A stretch of 64,000 nucleotides of DNA from Octopus bimaculoides. Its lineage: Eukaryota. Positions 12,540 through 25,700 of the stretch are shown in pieces (positions within the stretch are counted from its first letter, which is position 1; each line of letters starts with the position of its first letter). The stretch is taken from NCBI RefSeq assembly GCF_001194135.2, contig NC_068987.1, forward strand, positions 53,267,963-53,331,962, given 5' to 3'. The position numbers were made by a program, and so were the translations under genes. Below the pieces are notes generated by a model. The model was not told the DNA's origin. It worked only from the letters and a program-made list of their open reading frames with translations, and ran no database searches.

Positions 12540-14470
12540 ACTAATGAATTCTTCCACAAACTAAAATGATGAGCCTTGTACTTTGATAATAAACAAGATA
12601 CACAAAACATAACTACCAATAAAGAAATGGAGAAAATATCTAGAAACTTCAAAACCAAGAATATCCCGAAAACTAACCATCACCTTGATGCAATTGAGCA
12701 AGAATTTTGGACCATCATCAAAAATACTAAATTTATCAAAAACCCACTTAAAAGAAATACATATCAATGAAAACTGCGTGACCTAAAAACCAAGGATGGA
12801 ATTGTGCATTCTGATAAAACTCATAATGAATATCACCTTAGCATAGATACATATCACGATCTACTAAAAACTGAAATCACAAAAATATACAAAAATAGTA
12901 AACAAAAATAAACTTAAAACAATTAATTTAGATACAAAAAGGGTAATTCTGAATTTCGCGTCGAAGATAAAACTGAACTATTCTTACATATCAGACCACG
13001 GATAACACTGAAAGACCATAAATATAACTTCCAAACCAACCCTCAACTTAGATTAATATACCTCGGTAATAATCCTAGATCAATATATCCATACTTAGAA
13101 AGAACTATGATCTAACACTCAGGATGCGGTTAGCTGGTTCATTAAAATTCCAAGGAAGGACAAACATAAATTCTTACAAATAGACATTGACAGCTATTAT
13201 TTCTTTCTCAACCTTATCGTATTAAATAGTGCCCTTCTTTTTGCAAAGAAATATACTAACTTTAGCAGAAATGAAATTAATGGTATCCCAACGGCTCGTA
13301 AACGCATAATCAATTATGACAATAAATTTTGGACTAGAAAGGACACACCCAATTGCTTTCATATCACAATTTGTGACGCGGACTCCGCCCAAGTGACTGA
13401 CCTTGTTGGAATTTATCTTCTGGCCAGCTCGTCAAACTCTATACAAAATCAAACAATTTTAACTTTCTACGTCGCGGACGTGAGGAAACGTTCAGAAATC
13501 GAGATTCAAGTTTCAATGTATAAAAACGTTACTGAGGAGGGGTTGTCTCCCTTGAACCAGAGGATAAAACAACTTCAATGAGGTATTGACATCGAGTGGG
13601 TTTAAGGAACGCATCTCCTGCATGTCTCGACCTAACACCCGGAAAAAGAAGCGCCGCAGAAACGTCGTTTGGTTTGCTCCATCCTTCTTGCTCAATGTCA
13701 AGACTTGTGTGGAAAGGATTTTCTTTAGATTAATAGACAAACATTTCACACATACACATAGATACAGGAAATTATTTAACAGGCACCAACTAAGAGTCTT
13801 CCTTAGTGGTGCACCTAACATAAAAAAGTATTTTAATAAGTACCCACAATACAAGGGAGGAGGCAGGTTGTTTTTGCAAGGTATATAATAAATGTCTAGT
13901 AGGAGGCCGATGCGTATATGAAGGGGTCATCTATGGAGCTACAGTCAGACCTAGACCTGCTATCTGTATTACCAGCAATGTACCATCCAACAGCAATATT
14001 AGCAGATTAGCCAGATCTCACGCCAGTACAATCATTACAGCCACAGATGATGACCAATCCAGGACCAACGTCATAGAGGATGTGACTGACGACTTCAGTA
14101 CTACCGACACAAATGATGAACAAACCATTATCACAGACACAGACAGAGTGACCAGCCCCACATCAGTGCAATCGCCACACTTAGAGATGATGACCAACCC
14201 AGGACCGGTGACACACAGGAGGTATCCGGCGTTCGCAGTCCCAGCACCCTGGCCTGCCATGCTTGGCACCTCAAAGATCAAGGGACCTCATGCGATATCA
14301 GGGGGAAAATAATAGACCATCCAGGCCATATATTAATGGGAGGGGCCGTTGCAAAATCTGCATCGCGGAGAGAGCCAAAATTCTTAAGGACTATACTAAA
14401 CCTGGCGCGTTAAAAAATTGTAAAGAAGTTTTCTCTAAACGGGTCCACTTCAAGCGTTATCTACTGCAAA
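12540..14470 (+). mobile_element. Penelope-like element remnant (RT plus disrupted GIY-YIG)
   Basis: DSAQVTDLVGIYLL (RT), RRNVVWFAPSFLLNVKT...FRLIDKHF...RKLFNRHQLRV (thumb), KCLVGGRCVYEGVIYGATV (linker/GIY), STLACHAWHLKDQG and RPYINGRGRCKICIAERAKIL (endonuclease C-terminus). Confidence 0.8.
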
Positions 14471-14791
14471 ACTGGAGTCCCCGTTTGCGGGTTAGTTTTT
14501 TCGGGACCAGAAGGGTTGTTTTATCCTCTGGTTCAGGGGTGACAACCCAACCGCATTAACGTTTTTATACGTTAAAACTTGAATCTCGATTTCTAAGCAA
14601 TTCCTTACGTCTGTTACGTAGAAAATTTAAAATTTTGTATCTTTGTATAGAGTTTAGCGAGCTGTCCAGAAGGCTTTGGCTTTGTGGATACGAAATATTT
14701 GGGAACTCTATGTCCAAAGTTTTAATTTTTCTTGTAATAATTATTGCGCTATTCTTTAAAGTGTGCTTCTTTTCTGGTATATGTTTTATTG

Positions 14792-14793
<2 letters not shown>

Positions 14794-14829
<36 letters not shown>

Positions 14830-15020
14830 GTCTGTTTTTGTCCCTCCACACCTTCACTTGTCTGATGTTGCTGTGTTTACGTCCCCGTTATTTAACGGTT
14901 GGGCTAATGAGAACTAGACTCACAAAAAGTAAGACTTGGTGTCAATTCCTAAAAAGAAAACTCTTTAAGGTGGGGCTCCAGCATGGCCGGAGAAAAATGA
15001 CTGAAAGAAGAAAAAGAAAT
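14794..15020 (+). mobile_element. SINE family A 3' half starting at its internal (GT)n
   Basis: gtctgtttttgtccctcc...gtgtttacgtccccg...ggggctccagcatggccggagaaaaatgactgaaag is homologous to the family A tail. Confidence 0.75.
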
Positions 15021-15779
15021 TAAGGTATATATGTATCTATATATGCATACATAGATACATATAGACAAGCCGACACGTATACATATATATATACATATAT
15101 ATATATGTATATATATAAATNNNNNNNNNNNNNNNNNNNNNNNNNNNNNNNNNNNNNNNNNNNNNNNNNNNNNNNNNNNNNNNNNNNNNNNNNNNNNNNN
15201 NNNNNNNNNNNNNNNNNNNNNNNNNNNNNNNNNNNNNNNNNNNNNNNNNNNNNNNNNNNNNNNNNNNNNNNNNNNNNNNNNNNNNNNNNNNNNNNNNNNN
15301 NNNNNNNNNNNNNNNNNNNNNNNNNNNNNNNNNNNNNNNNNNNNNNNNNNNNNNNNNNNNNNNNNNNNNNNNNNNNNNNNNNNNNNNNNNNNNNNNNNNN
15401 NNNNNNNNNNNNNNNNNTGTGTGTGTGTGTGTGTGTGCTTGTACCCCAGGATATCTTATTTTACGGCTAGATATGACCACTTTTGATAGCTTCTGACAAA
15501 ATATTCCCGACATTGGTATTGGATAGCATAGATGTGTCACACCATTATTTACTCGAGCAGCCTTTCATGTAAGCATGTTACAGGATTTTTATAAATACGT
15601 GTTTATTTATATTTACCCCTCAGCTTTGGTCATTCTCTCATATATTTGCGTGATATAGTTCATGAGATGTTGTCTTCTAGACACTGAATTTCACATATTG
15701 TTATTTTTTTCTTTTAATTTCCTAACTGATGTTAGTGAATTATATTCTCGTTAGATCTTGACATTCAATCGCTAACGCT

Positions 15780-16900
15780 ATTTCATTACATTTGCATGCT
15801 GTTCATACAGATCATAACCTTGTGTAATTCATTGATGATACATTCATGGATCGTTACTCTCACAAATATATCAAAAACTTTGCTACACTGCCAAAGAGAT
15901 ATATTTCCGGGAATCGTACCAGAACCAGACCAGTTATTCGGGATATGTAGTTGTTCAGGGATGTTAAATATTTATGGCACATGATTCAAACAGCTTAAAA
16001 TATGCTGGTGATGTAAATATATTTTTCTGTTAATCTCCTTCACATATTTGTCAGGCTTATTGCGCAATGGCATTCTAAAATCACTGGAAACTTTCTCTGA
16101 TCTTGATATCACGCCTGCTATTAATATACTGGTTATAGTACTTCACCTATACTTGTTGATATTTTGTGTTCGCTATTTTCAAATGGTAATCGTTTTAATC
16201 TGTACAGATTTTCTCACTTCTTGAGACTCTATGTTAGACACCCCAACGGCAAAAGCTTTCCTTACCATATTTTGTAGAATGGGATTTTGTTGTCTTACAA
16301 TTTATCAATACTAATATGAATGGCAAATAAAATTTTGCAGTGACAATATTTAAATCTGTTACCGTCCTTCATGTTAGGAGACTAAGTGACATCTCTAGAT
16401 ATATTTTCCAATTTCATCCAGTGTCGTCCGTGACATACAAGTCAGTTGGAATGTTTTATAGGTAAAAGATTCTTGGCAAAAGCCTAATCTGTTAACAAGA
16501 TGTTTTGAACTTTCTATCAAGCTGTAGTTCTTAATGGTACGTAGTCCCTGTCTCATCCCGCTCTCAATCACATCATACCTCGTGACCATCTTTGAGCGTA
16601 GTGAAAATCACGGCTATTAATGATATCTCTACGATAGTTCGAGACTGCTTAATTCCAATTTTGTACAAAAATTACTTAAACTTTCTTTTATTATCTACAG
16701 ACTTCGAGTTTTCGTGGATTTGTCATGGAGTCAATTGCTGGGGTAATAATGTTGACTCCACAGATTACATACTGACGGGGTGCACACGTAGTCAGCGGAA
16801 CCATCGATAGCAATATACATACTTCATGATTTATCATCATTACTCCCAGCTGAATGTCATAATGCTCACTATGCGATGTATGAATCAATTACGTGGGGAT
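15780..16900 (-). mobile_element. Highly decayed LINE remnant (CR1/L2/Jockey-like), endonuclease-RT junction
   Basis: Minus translation ISLWQCSKVFDI... near 15900 resembles RT subdomain 1 (RPISL..KVFE); upstream remnants are weak and full of stops. Confidence 0.4.
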
Positions 16901-17229
16901 CTGCAAAACTATTTTTCTCTGTCCTCTCACTATTTATGTTTGTCGGTAATGGGTCTGAAGAAAATTACTTCAAGGAAAATTAAAAGGTACTGAATTTAAC
17001 AAGCGATAGGGATTCACATATAACACATAGAGAGTTCACAATACTTGATCTGCTGAGACTATCCATATAGTTATAAGGCAAAATGTTTCTACTTAGGCAT
17101 TTTGAAATCTCAAAACAAAATGCAAGGGAGACAACATTAGTAATGTCAATCATCTGAATTGGATTTTAAAATAAAGATAATGCAGATATCAATGGATTTT
17201 GTCGTTAAATACGACTGATAAAAAAAGAA

Positions 17230-17623
17230 TTGTTTATTATTTAAATTTGACGGATATTTGTCCTTATCTTGTTTGTTGTTAATACAACTTTTCGGATAAT
17301 ATACCCTCCAGCTTTCATCAGGTGTTTTGGAGAAATTTCGTACCTGGGTTCTCATTCTGAAGGTATTTTTCGATGTTGTTCCATCACGTTTCGTATTGAT
17401 ATAGTAGTGCGTTCTTATATATGAGTGTCTGGTACTAGTTTTTCTTGAATCACCGATAGTGCTTCACCAGTTGCGACTTTGATGAACAGACCTCTCACAT
17501 CTAGACTCACCATATGGTTGCATCCAATGGAAGTATCCTTGATCAATTCTGTGAAACGGGTGGAATTCTTCACATATGATGTTGACGTTCCTCCTAATGG
17601 ACTGATTATATCCACAAGGAAGC
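17230..17623 (-). mobile_element. Inverted Penelope segment: RT fragment fused to a pLTR-like 3' region
   Basis: 17381-17623 is the reverse complement of 18282-18523 (about 85% identity by hand count); on the minus strand it runs into a pLTR-like segment containing a hammerhead-like motif. Confidence 0.85.
17281..17328 (-). ncRNA. Degenerate minimal type I hammerhead ribozyme motif of a Penelope pLTR
   Basis: Minus strand: aaacac CTGATGA a agctggagggtatattatcc GAAA agtt gtatt. Core boxes are intact; stems I-III are mismatched. PLE pLTRs are known to carry minimal hammerheads. Confidence 0.55.
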
Positions 17624-17630
17624 AGCTTAA

Positions 17631-19316
17631 GTAAGAAGTTTATGAAACTCAAAGGTCAGAGAATGAAGACTGAAGTCCATCACCCACCTGTGAAAGCAGT
17701 AATTAACGTAAGTAACCGACGTCCCGAAAGCTCTGAAGAAGCAGTGCTAAACAAAGATCTCAACTTTGCGACAACCACCAAGCGCATTCGATACTTGGAC
17801 ATAATAACCCCTATTGAAGAGATAGCCATAAAGATACCAAAATCTCAGGAAAATGAACTAAGGTGGAAAATGAGACAGGTACTAGATGAAGCGAAACTTC
17901 TCACAACAAACATCACTAAGGAAGAAGAGGTCGCTATCATACGACTACAGAGTGAAATTTCCATCATAATACTTCCAGCGGACAAGGGAAATGCTACAGT
18001 GGTAATGAACAAGTTTGACTACTCAGAAAAATTGGAAAGTCTTATCAAGTGATGGTAGCTAGAAATGAAAGACGCAACTCTGAAAACAGAGAGGATGTTG
18101 TCACAGATCTTCATCAAGAACAAGGATCACTTTACACCAATGAAGTACAAACAACTGACTCAAGACTACAGTAAACTACCACACATGTACGGTCTCCCCG
18201 AGATTCACATGGGTGGTATTCCATTAAGACTTATAGTAAGCCTTATTAAGACTTATAGTTCAGTATGTCATCCACTGAGTCGCTTCCTTGTGGATATAAT
18301 TAATCCATTAGCATGAAAGTCAACATCGTACGTGAAGACTTCCACCCACTTCACAGAACTGATCAAGTATACCTCCATTGAATCCAACCATATGGTGAGT
18401 CGAGATGTGATAGCTCTGTTCACCAAAGTCGCAACTGGTCAGTCACTATCGATAATTCAAGAAAAACTAGTGACAGACACCCATCTAAAAGAATGCACTA
18501 GTATACCAATAAAAACGTGATGGAAATGTTGACCTTCTGTGTAGAAACTACCTACTTCAGTATGGACACTGATATATATCGACAAGAAGAGTGTTTAGCT
18601 ATGGGTTCACCTATAATAGCCACTATATACATGGAATACTTTGAGAATTTAGCTTTATGATTAACACCACTAAAACCAACACTATAGGTGCTATATATTG
18701 ATGACACCTTCATACTGTGGCCCCACCAGGAAAATATCCAAGTGTTGTTAGATCATGTGAACTCAACAAAGCCATCCGTACAGTTCACAATGGAAAAAGA
18801 AAAAGACAATCAGTTAGCATTTCTGGATGTATTAATAACATGCACCAAATATGGATTCAGGACATCCGTATACCTTAATTTCAATTCCAACTATCCATAA
18901 AGTGTAAAGAGAGGGATTGCTCGGTGCATAAAACATCCAGCAACGAATATAAGTAGCGATCGTGATACACGCCACGAAGAAATGATCAACCTCAATAACA
19001 ATCTATTAAGCAACAGCTACATCAAAAACATACTATCCACTCCAATTATGAAGAAAAGAGAGGATGAAACCAATAAATTTTCCACAGTCTGTCTACCCTA
19101 GGTGAAAGGCCTCTCCGAAAAGAGACAAAAGAGATGCCGCCCGTATGACATCAGGACAGTATTCAAGGGTAATACAACACTTCGCAAGTATCTCCTTCGA
19201 GTAAGACCACCAATAGAAGAGAATATAACCAAAGACTGCGTGTACTCCATCCCATGCAGCCGTGGTAGGTTATACAAAGGCGAAACATGCCTCAAAATAA
19301 GAGTAGATGAACATTT
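17631..19316 (+). mobile_element. Penelope-like element (Penelope/Poseidon type), 5'- and 3'-truncated RT plus GIY-YIG pseudogene
   Basis: VLNKDLNFA, ILPADKGNATVVM, PHMYGLPEIH..IPLRLIVS, MVSRDVIALFTKV, LAMGSP, YIDDTF, FTMEKEKDNQLAFLDVLI, VYSIPCSRGRLYKGET..IRVDEH occur in colinear order; several stops. Confidence 0.92.
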
Positions 19317-21024
19317 CTCTTAAATATAGAATTGAAAATATGGTTTGCTTCATTTTATGAGAACCCCCACAAACATTTAATTCATCTGTGCAAGATTACG
19401 ATTGGTCAGTTTATTTATGTAATTTGATGAATATATGTTATCATGTCAAAACGTATGTAATCATATCAAAACTTTGTAACTCAATTGTTAGTAAATTAAT
19501 AATTCCTGACAATCCATCTTCAAAGAGTTCCGTTAGTATTTCTTCCATTACTGATTATATGCCTTCTTTGAAGATAGACACAACCTTTGGCTTTGTTGAG
19601 TCATGTTTTCGATTAGCTTCAAGTTTTGAGTAGTTATTTATAGTATTGCCGTGGGCGTAATTGTTATAACTGAGTTTATACTTCTATACTTATTTGCGAT
19701 GCTCAAACTAACTTCGGAAAATAGTAACGTTGCCTGTAAGGAGAAGACCCAATATTATCTTCAATGAGAGTCAGTAGAGTGAGATTTTGGTAACATTGTT
19801 GTTGTCTTAAATACTGCATTACTGATGCCATTCTTTATCTCATCCTTGATTTAGAAAATCTATTACAGATTAAAGCCACAGATTTTGCAGGTCGTCCCAC
19901 TGAATTGCCTTTAATTCACCAAAATCTCCTTCCGTTCCTTTCTGAGGTCTTATCGTGAATAACGATATGCAACACATTATGAGTGACTCATGATTAATTT
20001 TTCTACCGTCTTTTCTCTGCCTTTATAAAACAGATATCTGGAGTGCTTACTTGACGCCAGTCTAGGATATTTTCACGTCTTAGACGAAGCTGTGTGTTGC
20101 AAACATTCTATGCTCGTTGGCTTATACTGTCAATTCTTTAAAATCTAGTCCGTTCCGCTGTCTTTGTTTCATCCTAATGGATCCACAAATCTTTAATTCT
20201 AGAGCTAATTTGTAATTCCTGCTTGCCATAAGACCACTAAGATGTCCTTTATAACAGACATTTTGATGGATTTCTTCATTTAACACCCTCCAACTGAATC
20301 CTTCAGGGTTTATGATATTCATGTGTAGAAAAAGAAATACTTGGTCAGATTGCAGAAATATGCGTAGTGACAAGATTATGAGATAATGCGTGCAGATGCT
20401 AACTGAATCTATTCCGATCTTACTGACAGAGAAGCCCTTTTCAGGTTGAGTTTGGAATAATCTTTATTTTACTACAATAGGTGAGGTTCGTGTGTATTTC
20501 TGAATGCAAATACCATGAGCTTTCCTGTAACCCATCTCCAAGATAGCTTTCATAAAATATAGCAGTAAGTTCTTTCATTGTTGTAGAGTGCAAGTAATCC
20601 ATGTCCTGTAAAGAGTATTTCACTTCGAGAGATTTACGGGAGTGGTGTCAATATAATTGTAGGTGGCTTTTCAGTACAAATCGGTAGTCTACACCTAGTG
20701 AACAAAAAGTGGAGAGCATATTCTTTACTTTACCTGAATTCAACAGACCTGAAATCATATCCTTTCATTTTGTGTTCATGCTCACATTGTTGTAAGCTGG
20801 GGAACTTGACGTTATATATCGCCACTCCAAAGGACATTATACTTCACTATCAGCAAAATCGCTGAATTTTACTCAGAAAAAATGTAAGATATATGTGGGA
20901 GTAAGACAGAATTCATACATAATTGTAGTGAAGGAAATATAACAGGACTGTAGTATAATTATCTCTGTCTCCTTCTCGTTTTCTCCCCATGTGTCTCTCT
21001 CCCACTCACACACAAAATATATAT

Positions 21025-21062
<38 letters not shown>

Positions 21063-21590
21063 NNNNNNNNNNNNNNNNNNNNNNNNNNNNNNNNNNNNNN
21101 NNNNNNNNNNNNNNNNNNNNNNNNNNNNNNNNNNNNNNNNNNNNNNNNNNNNNNNNNNNNNNNNNNNNNNNNNNNNNNNNNNNNNNNNNNNNNNNNNNNN
21201 NNNNNNNNNNNNNNNNNNNNNNNNNNNNNNNNNNNNNNNNNNNNNNNNNNNNNNNNNNNNNNNATATATATATATATATATATATATACACACGTTTATT
21301 ACCTTGCTTTGCTCGCACGATTTATTCAACTGCCAACACGCAGGATCAGATCCATGACGGGTTTATGTGATCTTTATGTGATCTTATCAACAGCAGAATC
21401 GATATTGGAGATCGTTATTGGCAAGGCCCCAAATCACGTGAGCATTATAAATATATAAACATACATGCACGCACACGCACTCACACGCACAGACACATAC
21501 ACTTATACATACACACTTATGTATCTGTACATATATGCATGTATCTATACGTGTGAATTTATGTAAATGTATATGCGTGCCCGTGTGTGT

Positions 21591-21632
<42 letters not shown>

Positions 21633-21967
21633 ATTTGTGTGACGTCTGTTAAATTATGCACTAAATGTGCAATTGTGTGTGTGGAAGCGTGATTTACCAT
21701 TTCTATAATAATGGTATATTATGGAGGGCTTTCCATTTTCAATTTTGTATCTCTTATCATTAATGCAAAGTATTATGGATATTCATATCTATATACATTC
21801 TTCAAGCCTCAAACATGTACATAAAATACATGCATCTATATCATTTATCAATCGATTTATCTGTATCGATACACATACACCCAGAAAAACGTATATACAC
21901 ATACACACACATATATATATGGATTGATGCGTGTATGCATGCATGCATGAATGTATGTATGCATGTA

Positions 21968-22175
21968 TACTCTTTTACTTGTTTCAATCATTTGACTGCG
22001 GGCATGCCTTTAGTCGAGCAAATCGTCCTCTGGACTTATTCTTTGTAAGCCTAGTACTTATTCTATTGGTCTCTTTTCCCGAACCTCTAGCTTACGGGAA
22101 CGTAAACACACCCGCATCGGTTGTCAAGCGATGTTGGAGGAACAAACACAGACACACAAACACATATATATTTAT
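21968..22175 (-). mobile_element. SINE family A, 5'-truncated
   Basis: tactcttttacttgtttcaatcatttgactg...cgtaaacacacccgcatcggttgtcaagcgatgttgg matches 48313-48520. Confidence 0.9.
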
Positions 22176-24989
22176 ATATACTGAATACATATATATATAA
22201 CGGCACCTTTTCTTTTTACACAAATAAATCTTTCAAGACCACTTACATTTTTAATGAGCTATTTACATCTTATAATAAATATTCATGCATCACCACTTTC
22301 TACATTTGTTGTATGAGACATTATAATGCCCTCAGAAAATTAGATAAAAATTGACATGACAACTTTCGCCATTTACTTTGTCTCCAAATGTCTCCTTTGT
22401 GGCTGCTCACGTCCTTCAATAATACAGTCTAACATCCTCTCCCAGGTTGTAATATAAAACATTATCTAAGAAACCTGAAAGCGTATATGTATTGGCATTG
22501 CATTTTCTCAGCTAACAGGAGAATTGTTATAAGCAAAATAGAATGAGGATGGTACAATGTCAGAGGTAGGATCATATATAAATGACAGTTAGCGTTCGTT
22601 TTACTTTGATAATTTACAATATCTTTAATTTTAAGGCCTATTAACTTGGAACGTTTGTATTGTAGTTGATGTTTCCTTCAATTCACCCCCCCCCTCACAC
22701 ACACACACACACATTCACACTCACACGCATCCTTACTTTCAAGCGCTTGTACTTCTACATTTCGAGAACTTTTAATTAAATGAGATCAACCGACCTGACA
22801 TGAGCCTATGTAGTTATACCCATTTGTATAGACCTGTTTTCTTTTCTATTATTTCTCCGTTGCTCTCCTCACAATGCCTTCTCATACTTCACTTGTTTCA
22901 TTTGACCTCATAATCACTAACCCCTTCCTATATCAGCTGGGATGACTCCATGAAGAATTTACTGACCTTAAATTCACTTATTCAGTCATTGTCCCTTTCC
23001 TACACTTCTCACTCTCTTTTTGAACTTTTTTTTAACACTTCTACCACTCAACATTATTTTCATTCCTTATACCTTTGTACGACCGTATAATCAGTTTCTA
23101 TAATCTTGCTTTCCGGTAAAATCCGGTAAATCATCGAATTTTTCATTCCTCGCAACAGTTCAACTCAATGTAACCTATTCTTTTCTAAGACTTTTTACGG
23201 CTTACATTTCGCCAATGCAAAAATTTACAAGGCTTCATGAATCCTGGCTTTGATCACAATTGCCGCAGATATTATATAATTATAAGATTTCATTCTTTTT
23301 CAGCTCTGACTTCTCGGCGCCAAACAATACACGTTTCAGTGTTTGTTTAGTTGTTTCTTCTAGAAAATAATACATATCCTTGCAATAAGTGTATTTTATT
23401 AACATTTGTAAATCGTATATCGAAGTATTTCTCATTTCGACATAACAAAACTAAAGCTCGTAAATATTGTAAACCAAAAACAAATATGTTTATCTCATAT
23501 TTAACTTGCACTACTATCTAATATATAAGAAACCCCAATTGTTGTTTGTAAGGATACAATATTGACTTGAAAGGCGCTGATATTCTTATTTCGAGCAGAA
23601 TTATCTTTAATTCCGTTGGGTTAAAAGATGTATGATTTTTTCCTGCATTTTCGCGTTCATGCTTTATGAGTTCAGAACAGAATAGAGGAACATGGAGTAA
23701 TATTGGCTTCCACACTTGAACAATAATTTTCGAAATCTTGTTATGAATTGTGTGCCCTTAAATGTTTTCAGATATCCAGTATAAACATGTACATTAAGAT
23801 TGACTATATGAAAGGTATTTCCTGAACAAAATCCTGCATTCTGCTTGAAAATTTGACATATTTCTTTGAATTCCGTTTACATCGTATACTTTTACCTGTA
23901 TTATAATGTAAGTGATCGCTTGAATTGTCAATAAAGTGTAATGGCAAGCATGTAGTTTGGGAAAATGTATTACAATGTAGTGTTGTTTTATATGAAGATA
24001 TATTTACAGGGTCTGGAGTTAATAAACTTGACTACACCCACATATACCATTGAGCCACCGCCAACAAGTGGAAAATGAAATGGTTAGATGAGTTCCGTGG
24101 TCTTTGCATCAGAGAAATATAAGCAATTCAATCACAATATTAAAATACGCATAATCCAGTGACCTTGAATTCACACTAATTCGATAATTTGATATCACTA
24201 ATGATATTGATATACCCTGAAGTTCAGACAATATTTCATCTTAAAAAATATTAATAAATTATTTGAGTTCGTTAAATTTATGTTTATCAGAATTTAATTT
24301 CTAATTTCAAGCAAAGTGCATTGACACATGCCGTTTTAAGTTTCAAACCTATTGTTTGAAGTACATTATTACGTTAAATGACTTTAATCCTACCATATTA
24401 TATGACATTATAGGCGATATTATTACATAGAACTTTGAATAAAATTGAAGGTAGGAGTGAGGAAAGAAAGCATTAAGTATAAACGAAAACTCATCTACTG
24501 CTGCAATTCATGAAACTCTGAAACTTTAACTAAGATTGAAATTATGAATGGAGGAAAAGAAATTGATAACTCAACGACTAATGTTAGCTTAATCGCATTT
24601 TAGCCTGAACCGTATCTCTGCACATACTTCAGATTTATTAAATAACCTCAATGAGGTTATTACAGACTACTATTATTAACTCTCCCAGGGAAACAGTTTC
24701 TATGAAAAGAGAACGTTAATTGAAGCGATGACATTAACCCAAACGTATATATGAAATTATAGCTGATATCATTACATAGAATTTTGAATGAAAATGAAGA
24801 TAGGAGTGAGCAAGCATTATTAGACAGCTCTTGCTAGTTCACTTATGTAAATATATTCTTGCGCTTGATAAAAAGTTCGATTCGTTGTAACGTGGTTGTA
24901 CATTAAGTTTTAAATAATACCTTCTAATAAATCGCCTTGTGAATGAAAGTGTTTGACAGAAACTGTGCAGAAGCTCATCGCATCCTCTC

Positions 24990-25038
<49 letters not shown>

Positions 25039-25239
25039 CAGTCCTGTTAAATAACATACAGTTCTCAAAATTATCCACGAATTTTTGTTACGTTTGTGAT
25101 ATTGAGTCAGTTGCTTTTAGATACTCGAGCTTACTGTTATTTTTTATTTCTGTTGATTCTCCTTTCTGTGTAGGATAAAGAAATGTCATTTTGTCAATCA
25201 TAACTGTTCCTCCATTTCCACCTTTTTCACACATTCCCT

Positions 25240-25243
25240 CTCA

Positions 25244-25326
<83 letters not shown>

Positions 25327-25335
25327 TCTCTCTCT
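25240..25335. repeat. (CT)n microsatellite
   Basis: Direct reading. Confidence 0.95.
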
Positions 25336-25589
25336 CGCTTTTCTCTCCCTTCGGTGCCTCTCTTCGTAAATTCAAATCATCTTCCTAACTTCAGCCTACG
25401 TTATACTCATCCTTAGATTAACATGTATATTTTAGCTAAAATGAAGGAAAGCGAAAACCGACATCGATATACGCGAGTTAGTATCAATTTTCAGGCTTTT
25501 GCTAATAGTTAAATGTGATCATACAGACATCAACATACGCAGATATCGTCAAAACCGCACCTCATAGAAGTTATTCATTTGCGGTTGAC

Positions 25590-25700
25590 TAGACTTCAGT
25601 GACTCAAGTGTCTTGCACAAGGACACAACGCTCCATGCCTGGTCTCGTGATTGAATCTCTGAATTTATCATTGTGGTCTCAACATTCTAATCCCTTCCCA
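25590..25700 (-). mobile_element. Degenerate SINE fragment
   Basis: aagtgtcttgcacaaggacacaacgc...ctggtctcgtgattgaatc resembles the reverse of a tRNA-head/CORE-type SINE. Confidence 0.4.

Noticed and set aside
20075-20110. tagacgaagctgtgtgttgcaaac as a hammerhead relic
   Set aside because: Both core boxes are broken and there is no supporting PLE context.
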